From Phormidesmis sp. (lineage in GTDB: Bacteria > Cyanobacteriota > Cyanobacteriia > Leptolyngbyales > Leptolyngbyaceae), in the NCBI GenBank assembly GCA_965248535.1, contig CBDFJR010000005.1, forward strand, positions 544,001 to 608,000: a DNA stretch of 64,000 bases, written 5' to 3'. Numbering within the stretch: position 1 is the first letter of the stretch; each line of letters opens with the position of its first letter. Under the pieces are notes generated by a model that was not told the DNA's origin, searched no databases, and saw only the letters and a list, made by a program, of their open reading frames with translations. This document shows positions 41,826 to 48,851 of this stretch, one piece after another. The position numbers were made by a program, and so were the translations under genes.

Positions 41826-42467
41826 CTATAAAACTGGGCTGACTTTGATCCGATAGAGCAAGCGATCGTGCTGCTGATAGCCCGCATAGCGCACTCGAAC
41901 TAAGGCACCCGGTTCGGCAGTGCCGCTCATGAGTTGATGACGCTGGGGATCATAGGGAATTTCGCTGCCGACTGTGCCGATCGCTGCGATGCCCCACTCC
42001 TGAAGTAGCTGCTCGATCGGACGCATCAACGGCAAAAGCTTGGCAGCACTCAACTGAGGATTTTGTTGGGCTGCATAGGCGGCGGCTGACCACTGCAACA
42101 GCCAAGGCTCTAGCGTTTGAAGACTCGTTTGCTGAAATTCTTGCCAGAGATCGTCTCGCTGTTGCACAAGTTGAGATTGCAGCCGTTGATATTCGTGTTC
42201 ATAGCTGCGTTGCAAATCAGGAGAGTTTTGAGTAGATTTCTCCTCAGATTCTAAAAAAATTGTCAACAGATCAGGAATGGAGATCTGCAAAGCTTGACTC
42301 AGTTTTTGCAGGGTTTCTAGCCGCATCTGACTGATTTGACCCTGCCGTAATCGCTGGATCTGCTTTTCAGAAATGCCCGATTTTTGACGGAGGTCTTTGA
42401 ATGTAGAAACACCTCTCGATCGCATCAAATCCCGCAATTGAGAGGTGTAATTGACACAACGAGTCAT
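41826..42467 (-). CDS. XRE/Cro HTH protein fused to a GrpE-like C-terminal domain
   Basis: L..LM..RG...L...GIS HTH; C-terminal G...YDPQRHQ...VRVRYAGY..L..KV; alternative start about 42503-42509. Confidence 0.75.
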   Translation of the reverse strand: MTRCVNYTSQLRDLMRSRGVSTFKDLRQKSGISEKQIQRLRQGQISQMRLETLQKLSQALQISIPDLLTIFLESEEKSTQNSPDLQRSYEHEYQRLQSQLVQQRDDLWQEFQQTSLQTLEPWLLQWSAAAYAAQQNPQLSAAKLLPLMRPIEQLLQEWGIAAIGTVGSEIPYDPQRHQLMSGTAEPGALVRVRYAGYQQHDRLLYRIKVSPVL

Positions 42468-42518
42468 AGAGCTATGAGTGGCAGACTGACTCTTTAACTC
42501 ATAGCTCAAAACTGGTCG

Positions 42519-43007
42519 CTATTCCAGCAGACTTCTGAGCATCCAGGCAGTTTTTTCGTGAATTTGCATCCGCTGAGTTAGAAGATCGGCGCTGGGTTCG
42601 TCGTTTGCGTCATCAACGATCGGAAAAATCGATCGGGCAGTCCGCACGACAGATTCTTGCCCCTGCACGAGCAATCGAATCATCTCTTCGGCTTTAGGAA
42701 CGCCCGGAGTTTCTTCGATCGAGCTAAGTTTTGCATATTCGCTATAGGTGCCCGGTGCGGGAAACCCCAACGATCGGATACGTTCTGCAATTAAGTCTAC
42801 GGCCAGCGCTAGCTCGGTATATTGCCCCTCAAACATCAGGTGAAGCGTGTTGAACATTGGCCCAGTCACGTTCCAGTGAAAGTTGTGAGTTTTGAGATAG
42901 AGCGAGTAAGTGTCAGCCAGCAGGTGCGATAACCCTTCAGCGATCGCTTGGCGCTTTTGAGGATCAATGCCGAGGTCAATGGGCATCCCAGACGTTTGAG
43001 TAGGCAT
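42519..43007 (-). CDS. dps: Dps family protein
   Basis: [31 protein letters not shown]; start MPTQ. Confidence 0.95.
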   Translation of the reverse strand: MPTQTSGMPIDLGIDPQKRQAIAEGLSHLLADTYSLYLKTHNFHWNVTGPMFNTLHLMFEGQYTELALAVDLIAERIRSLGFPAPGTYSEYAKLSSIEETPGVPKAEEMIRLLVQGQESVVRTARSIFPIVDDANDEPSADLLTQRMQIHEKTAWMLRSLLE

Positions 43008-43137
43008 AAGATTTCCTTTGTTAATGAGTTTGTGGTTGAACGGTGCTTTAGCGTCGTCGATAGTCGCCCTTGAAAAGAGTAGCCTAAAGAGAAAATTCTG
43101 TCTCAGAATAGCGCTTCTCAACGGGTGTGACTCAGCG

Positions 43138-43401
43138 TTAGGCGAGATGTTTTTGCAGAATCGATCGCGGGGCCCGGCGCACTCTACACAAAATGGTCTC
43201 GTGCCCCAGACGACTGCACGCTTCATAGCGGTGACAGCCCGAAAACCCATAATATTGACCGTCTACTTCTAAGACATCAATGGGTTCTTGCAAACCAATT
43301 TCGGCGATCGAGGTCATCAGCGCCGCGACTTTTTCGGGATCGTTTTGTCGAAAAAGCGGGCGACGAATTTGGTTAATCGGGACTTCCTGAATTCTCACCA
43401 T
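43138..43401 (-). CDS. srxA: Sulfiredoxin (ParB-like fold)
   Basis: PIDV, FSGCHR catalytic motif; start 43401 fits the promoter position. Confidence 0.92.
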   Translation of the reverse strand: MVRIQEVPINQIRRPLFRQNDPEKVAALMTSIAEIGLQEPIDVLEVDGQYYGFSGCHRYEACSRLGHETILCRVRRAPRSILQKHLA

Positions 43402-43422
43402 TGGGTTCGGGTCGGTTGCCTT

Positions 43423-43459
43423 ACTCATAAATCATACTCGTTATGACTATGAGTTGCAA
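43423..43459 (-). promoter_or_regulatory. Sigma70-type promoter overlapped by a PerR/FurC-like palindrome
   Basis: TTGCAA-17 nt-TATGAT on the minus strand; inverted repeat ACTCATA...TATGAGT. Confidence 0.75.
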
Positions 43460-43537
43460 CTATTTTAATCCGAGTTTAGGTTAAGGGCGATCGAGGGAAA
43501 TTGGGAGAAGATTCACGATCGCAAAGGTTGGTTGAAA

Positions 43538-43626
43538 TGCCTGGAAGACCACTATGCTGAGTTAAAGGGGCATTGAGTGGTGTGGCGGAAGGATGCTGAT
43601 CTCTATAGGGTGAGGGGGGTGCGATC
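43538..43626. repeat. 89-bp direct repeat, copy 1
   Basis: 78/89 identical to 44296-44383 by manual alignment. Confidence 0.92.
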
Positions 43627-43658
43627 TGACTAGCGACAACGAAACAGTGGTGTAGCGA

Positions 43659-43964
43659 TTAAGGAGAATCTTCAAACAGGGCAGTCAAATCCTGATAACC
43701 ACTCACCACCCTGAGCACTTCAGTATCGTCGTTGAGCAGACGGTAAAAAATCAAGTACTGCTCGTAAGGCAAACTACGTGAACCAGGGTAGAGTTCATCT
43801 CGGTTGCGTCCAATTTGAGGAAACTGAGCAATCCGCTGAAGTGTTGAATCAATACCGCTCAGGAACCGTTCCGCACTGGTTAGACTGCTTTGGGCAGCAA
43901 GGTAATCTGCAATTGCTTCAATATCTCGACTGGCGCGGTGAGTAATTCGACAAGCTCGACTCAT
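43659..43964 (-). CDS. ParE/RelE family toxin
   Basis: A..D...I..Y, FPQIGR.R.EL, Y.IFY, EVLRV. Confidence 0.9.
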   Translation of the reverse strand: MSRACRITHRASRDIEAIADYLAAQSSLTSAERFLSGIDSTLQRIAQFPQIGRNRDELYPGSRSLPYEQYLIFYRLLNDDTEVLRVVSGYQDLTALFEDSP

Positions 43965-44224
43965 GTTTCGGAGTATCGTTGGTGGAGCCGTTGACGAATG
44001 GCAGCAATCTCAGTTGCCGCATCCAGGAGATCTCCCCGTTCGGCTTCTTCGACTCCAAGCAACACCTCACGACGCAATTCTTCAAACCGCCCCTGATAAA
44101 TCTGTTCTCGCTCTGCTAAAGCTTGCAGCCCAGCCAAGAGGATTTCTTCTAGCGAGGCATATTTGCCACTGGCGATTTGGAGATCGGCAAACTGCTGTAA
44201 ATCGGGCGGGAGCGGCATGACCAT
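43961..44224 (-). CDS. ParD family antitoxin
   Basis: SGKYAS..E, LRRE...G; 4-nt overlap with the toxin. Confidence 0.88.
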   Translation of the reverse strand: MVMPLPPDLQQFADLQIASGKYASLEEILLAGLQALAEREQIYQGRFEELRREVLLGVEEAERGDLLDAATEIAAIRQRLHQRYSET

Positions 44225-44295
44225 TGCAGTGCTGACAGAATGAATAGAGTAGCTGTAAGTTTAGTGTACTTGCTTGGTTGACGAAGAAGCGATCG

Positions 44296-44383
44296 TGCCT
44301 AGAAGACCACTGCGCGGTGTTGAAGGGGCATCAATGGTGTAGCGGAAGGATGCTGATCTCTATAGGGTGAGGGGAGTGCGATC
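44296..44383. repeat. 89-bp direct repeat, copy 2
   Basis: Shares a 33-bp perfect core GCGGAAGGATGCTGATCTCTATAGGGTGAGGGG with copy 1. Confidence 0.92.
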
Positions 44384-44461
44384 GGCTCGACGACAGAAAA
44401 GTGCTAGAGAAAGTAACGCGAGGTGCGACTAATACTTTTCTCTCAACAGAAGGCAGCAACT

Positions 44462-44704
44462 ATGGCCATAGCCAATTTTCAAGAAGCGCAAGACTATCTC
44501 AAGTTTTTGCCTGTATTACAAGGCTTGCCCAAACGCCCGTTTCTTTTGCTTTACGACTCAGAAGCTGATGTTCTTTACATTGACTTCTACAGCCCACCAA
44601 AATCTGCGAGTGATAGCGAGTTGACAGATAGTGACATTGTGATTCGCTATGACGACGATGATGAAATTGTCGGACTCACCATTCTGAATGCCAGTAAGCG
44701 ATGA
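44462..44704 (+). CDS. DUF2283 family protein (TA-associated)
   Basis: YD.EADVLYI.F, ..D..IVGLTILNASKR. Confidence 0.85.
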   Translation: MAIANFQEAQDYLKFLPVLQGLPKRPFLLLYDSEADVLYIDFYSPPKSASDSELTDSDIVIRYDDDDEIVGLTILNASKR

Positions 44705-44945
44705 ACACTACCTCATTGAGTTAATCCTGGTGAAGGCCCAAATATTTCGCTTGTGCTGGAAGCCGTGGCTGATGTGAAGGGGATCAGCGCCTTTGGCTCA
44801 CTTCGCGATCGCCCCCATAAAATACAATAAGCCAAACGGCGATCGCTCTTCCAGAATCACTCCCCAAGGCGGTTCCTTCCAAGAGTCTACGCCAACGCTT
44901 CTTGAAGTCCACAATCTGGCAATTAAGCACCGAGAAGCTCGTAGC

Positions 44946-45266
44946 CTACACTTCACCGTCCAAAATGCTATCGATGTCTCGCGTTGCATACAGAATACGC
45001 ACTACCTCAACGGCATCATCGCGTTCAAAGTAGAAAATCAGATGCTTTCTAAAATCCTTGGCTGCCCATTTCCGTAGACCCTGTAGGCGAGGATTTTCGA
45101 TCAGGTAAAAGCTTCCTATGCCTGGCATTCTGGCAATCTGAGCGATCGTTAGCCGTGCAGAATCAAAAAACTGTAGGGCTGCTTCAAGGTTATCCTCAGC
45201 AATGTAGGCAAAATGATCATCCAAATCCTGACTTGCCTTCGGTCGGATGATAATTCGCTTGGTCAT
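44946..45266 (-). CDS. ParE/RelE family toxin
   Basis: PKASQDL....YIA.DN..AA, MPGIG, LIFY, VEVVRIL..RD. Confidence 0.9.
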   Translation of the reverse strand: MTKRIIIRPKASQDLDDHFAYIAEDNLEAALQFFDSARLTIAQIARMPGIGSFYLIENPRLQGLRKWAAKDFRKHLIFYFERDDAVEVVRILYATRDIDSILDGEV

Positions 45267-45514
45267 GCGTCTGAATGGTGAACCCGCTTAAGCTGGGCGC
45301 GTTTCTGTTCCCACCAGTCGTGTGTTGCTTCGATGGGTTCTCCGCTGTCCAGTCCTTCTAACAGCAGCGATTCAACTCGCTTTTGTTGAGATAGCCGCTC
45401 TTCCTCTCGCAGAATCAACTGATAAACATACTCGCTAGCAGTGTTAAAGCCAGCCGCTGTTGCTTGCTCTTCGACAAATGCAAGAATCTGGTCTGGAAGA
45501 GCGATGTTCAACAT
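45263..45514 (-). CDS. ParD-like ribbon-helix-helix antitoxin
   Basis: MLNIALP...FVEEQ...GF..ASEY, LLLEGLDSG; 4-nt overlap with the toxin. Confidence 0.88.
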   Translation of the reverse strand: MLNIALPDQILAFVEEQATAAGFNTASEYVYQLILREEERLSQQKRVESLLLEGLDSGEPIEATHDWWEQKRAQLKRVHHSDA

Positions 45515-45720
45515 CAATCGTTCACCTTCAACCGTAATGTTCCTGCTCTTAGCATAGCTAAAACCAAACAATCTCTGGCGATCGCTCATTTTTTGCTTTG
45601 ATGAGACTCCGCTTCTCCATAAACGCTTAATTGATCACACGCCACAAGGCGATTGCGATCAAAAACGTATATCTTTAGACAGATAACCGCCTACAACTTC
45701 TGCACAAGCGAGGAACTACC

Positions 45721-47364
45721 GTGATCGGGACTTTAATTACCTTCAATCGGCTGTCGATCGCGGTGCTTACAGCAGTTTGTCTAATAGGGTTTGCCCCTCG
45801 ATCGGTCAGCGCTGCCACCGATGTAGAGCTACAGATCGGGGTGGTGCAACGGTTTGGAGACAAAGCCAAAGACGAGATGACCTTAAAAGCGACTCCGGGC
45901 GATCGCTTGACCTTGCGCTTCAACACCAATGGCAAACCGCAAACGCTGACGACGACGAGCCTCAAGCTAGAAACGGTGATGCAACCTTTGTCAGAAGCCC
46001 AGATTGAAGAACGAGTGGTTTTTAGCACCCATCGCAGTTTTGAGACGGCCGAAGCCAAAGCCGAGCAGTGGCACGCTCAAGGCATTGAGGTTGAATTGGC
46101 GCAGCCCGATCGCTGGCAAGTTTGGGCAAAACGCAGCACTTACAACACCCCTCTGCTGCGACGATTGTTAGTGCAAAGCCTGCAAGTCAAGGGCATTCAG
46201 ACCGCCCGGATTGACACTCAAATTCTCAAGCAGGCACTGCGCCCGTCTTTTGTGGTCAACGGCTATCGCTACACGCGAGATCAAGTGGATATCTCGGCTG
46301 AAACTAGGCAGATTGAAGTCGATCGTGAAAAAGACGATCAGCCCAGTCATACCTATCCTGGAAGTCTGCGACTCCAGCCTAATGCCTACGGTAACTCTAC
46401 CCTCGTCAATCTAGTGCCGCTAGAGATGTATGTGCGAGGGGTCGTGCCTCATGAGATTGGCGGTTGGGCACCTCAACCCGTGCTGGAAGCTCAGGCGATT
46501 CTTGCTCGCACTTATGTGTTGAGAAATCTGCGCCGATTTGCGATCGACAACTACCAACTCTGCGCCACCACTCAATGTCAGGTCTATTGGGGCACTGATG
46601 GGGCGTTGCCCTCTACCGACCAAGCGATCGCCGCAACCCGCGGTCAGGTTCTCACCTATCAAAATGAGCTAGTTGATGCCCTTTATTCTTCGACCACAGG
46701 TGGCGTAACGGCAGCGTTTGGTGATGTCTGGCGCGGCTGGGATCGTCCTTATCTGCGGGCAGTGATTGATTCGGTTAACCCAGTTTGGGATTTAAAGAAT
46801 CGCAGCCTATCCAGCGAACAGAATTTGCGCGCTTTCATCAGTCAAAAGAAAGGCTTTAACGAAGACGGCACCGACATGTTTCGCTGGCGCTATGAGAGTC
46901 CGATCGCCCAGTTAAATCAAGAGTTTCATGCCTATCTCAAAAGCATTCAACATCCCCTTGCAGCCTTTAAAACGATTCAGAATTTGCAGGTGACTCAGCG
47001 ATCAGGGGGTGGACGAGTTCTCAAAATGGCAGTCATGACAGACCAAGGCACGATCGAGCTAGAAAAAGATGATGTGCTGAATGCGTTTGAGGCACCCGCT
47101 AGCCTGCTGTTTTATCTAGAGCCACTTGTAGACTCTAATAAGGCGCTCAAAGGTTTCGCATTTGTCGGCGGCGGTTTAGGGCACGGTGTGGGGTTGAGCC
47201 AGGTAGGTTCCTATAATTTAGGCAAACTGGGTTGGACGAGCGATCGCATTCTTGGCTTCTATTTTCCGGGCGCACAACTACAGCCAATCAGCAACTCGAT
47301 CACTCTGTGGCGCGATCGCTCGTCTCTTCAAGGGCAAGTCACCCCCAGCACCAGAAGTAACTGA
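45721..47364 (+). CDS. SpoIID/LytB domain peptidoglycan lytic transglycosylase
   Basis: LE.YVRGVVPHE, AQAI.ARTY, CQVY.G, GHGVGLSQ. Confidence 0.92.
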   Translation: MIGTLITFNRLSIAVLTAVCLIGFAPRSVSAATDVELQIGVVQRFGDKAKDEMTLKATPGDRLTLRFNTNGKPQTLTTTSLKLETVMQPLSEAQIEERVVFSTHRSFETAEAKAEQWHAQGIEVELAQPDRWQVWAKRSTYNTPLLRRLLVQSLQVKGIQTARIDTQILKQALRPSFVVNGYRYTRDQVDISAETRQIEVDREKDDQPSHTYPGSLRLQPNAYGNSTLVNLVPLEMYVRGVVPHEIGGWAPQPVLEAQAILARTYVLRNLRRFAIDNYQLCATTQCQVYWGTDGALPSTDQAIAATRGQVLTYQNELVDALYSSTTGGVTAAFGDVWRGWDRPYLRAVIDSVNPVWDLKNRSLSSEQNLRAFISQKKGFNEDGTDMFRWRYESPIAQLNQEFHAYLKSIQHPLAAFKTIQNLQVTQRSGGGRVLKMAVMTDQGTIELEKDDVLNAFEAPASLLFYLEPLVDSNKALKGFAFVGGGLGHGVGLSQVGSYNLGKLGWTSDRILGFYFPGAQLQPISNSITLWRDRSSLQGQVTPSTRSN

Positions 47365-47603
47365 ACAGGATGCTGGTCACTCTGACAGTACGAGGCTGAT
47401 GAGAACTGGAGGCGCGATGGACGTGTCACGAAGTCGCCAAATTCATGCCTCTTCATATGGAAGAGATCATATAAGTATAAGTCTTACTTATCTTTTGTAT
47501 TAGAGAATCTGTAGAGCCGATTGTTTAAATTGCTTAACAAAGAGGTTAATGTAATGACATACATTCCGTTCCACTCGGAACACACAACCCCGTAATTATT
47601 ACC

Positions 47604-48686
47604 ATGACCACCACAATTCAAAGACGCGAAAGCGCCAACCTCTGGGAGCAGTTTTGCTCTTGGGTCACCAGCACCGACAACCGCCTGTATGTAGGCTGGT
47701 TCGGGGTTCTGATGATTCCCACCCTACTTTCTGCGACCATCTGCTTCATCATCGCGTTCATCGCAGCGCCTCCTGTAGACATCGACGGCATCCGCGAGCC
47801 AGTAGCCGGTTCCTTAATGTACGGCAACAACATCATCTCCGGTGCTGTGGTTCCGTCCTCTAACGCCATTGGCTTACACTTCTACCCGATTTGGGAAGCC
47901 GCATCCTTAGACGAGTGGCTGTACAACGGCGGACCTTACCAACTCGTGGTTCTGCACTTCCTACTCGGCATCTTCTGCTACATGGGACGTGAGTGGGAAC
48001 TGTCCTACCGACTCGGCATGCGTCCGTGGATCTGCGTCGCTTACTCCGCACCTGTGGCGGCTGCAACGGCGGTCTTCTTGATCTACCCGATCGGACAAGG
48101 GTCTTTCTCGGACGGCATGCCCCTCGGCATCAGTGGCACGTTCAACTTCATGTTAGTGTTTCAAGCCGAGCACAACATCTTGATGCACCCCTTCCACATG
48201 TTGGGAGTCGCTGGAGTCTTCGGCGGTAGCTTATTCAGTGCCATGCACGGTTCATTGGTGACCTCCTCGCTAGTGAGAGAGACGACCGAGAACGAATCGC
48301 AGAATGCAGGCTACAAGTTTGGGCAAGAGGAAGAGACCTACAACATCGTGGCAGCGCACGGCTACTTCGGTCGGTTGATCTTCCAATACGCCTCGTTCAA
48401 CAACTCACGTTCCCTGCACTTCCTCCTCGGCGCATGGCCAGTCGTGGGCATCTGGTTCACGGCACTGGGCGTGAGCACGATGGCATTCAACCTGAACGGG
48501 TTCAACTTCAACCAGAGCATCATCGACTCCCAGGGTCGAGTGGTGAGCACCTGGGCAGATGTGATCAACCGTGCCAACTTGGGGATGGAAGTGATGCACG
48601 AGCGGAACGCTCACAACTTCCCTCTAGATTTGGCATCGGGAGATGCTGCACCTGTCGCACTCTCTGCGCCTTCCATCCACGGATAA
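47604..48686 (+). CDS. psbA: Photosystem II D1 protein, E130 form
   Basis: 360 aa; D61, Y161, D170, E189, H190, H332, E333, H337, D342 and A344 all intact. Confidence 0.99.
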   Translation: MTTTIQRRESANLWEQFCSWVTSTDNRLYVGWFGVLMIPTLLSATICFIIAFIAAPPVDIDGIREPVAGSLMYGNNIISGAVVPSSNAIGLHFYPIWEAASLDEWLYNGGPYQLVVLHFLLGIFCYMGREWELSYRLGMRPWICVAYSAPVAAATAVFLIYPIGQGSFSDGMPLGISGTFNFMLVFQAEHNILMHPFHMLGVAGVFGGSLFSAMHGSLVTSSLVRETTENESQNAGYKFGQEEETYNIVAAHGYFGRLIFQYASFNNSRSLHFLLGAWPVVGIWFTALGVSTMAFNLNGFNFNQSIIDSQGRVVSTWADVINRANLGMEVMHERNAHNFPLDLASGDAAPVALSAPSIHG

Positions 48687-48715
48687 TCTCAGCTTCGGTT
48701 GAGTGAGTCTGAATC

Positions 48716-48749
48716 AAAAAAGCCCTCCGCATTACGTGGAGGGCTTTTT
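48716..48749 (+). terminator. Intrinsic (likely bidirectional) terminator after psbA
   Basis: AAAAAAGCCCTCCGC-attac-GTGGAGGGCTTTTT. Confidence 0.9.
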
Positions 48750-48851
48750 GCTGGAGTGACGTTTATGACAAGGAGGATTTTGGAGGAAACTTAGACTTTT
48801 GCTGGGCACGATCGTAGACTGCAAGAAAGGTTTTATCTTGCATTTACCGTC

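Noticed and set aside
43008..43250. 81-aa N-terminal extension of Dps in the ORF track
   Set aside because: Overlaps srxA and is not Dps-like; the ATG at 43007 gives a normal length
43538..44383. Repeats as a CRISPR array or IS terminal repeats
   Set aside because: Only two full copies, 89 bp long, in direct orientation and separated by genes; no cas or transposase gene
44793..45077. Short ORFs in the spacer between TA modules
   Set aside because: They overlap parE-2 and have no recognisable motif or RBS
47396..47435. CTGATGAG...CGAAG resembling a hammerhead ribozyme core
   Set aside because: No GAAA and no convincing stems I-III
47604..48686. Rogue, far-red or chlorophyll f synthase D1
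   Set aside because: All oxygen-evolving-complex ligands are conserved and no far-red gene cluster is adjacent
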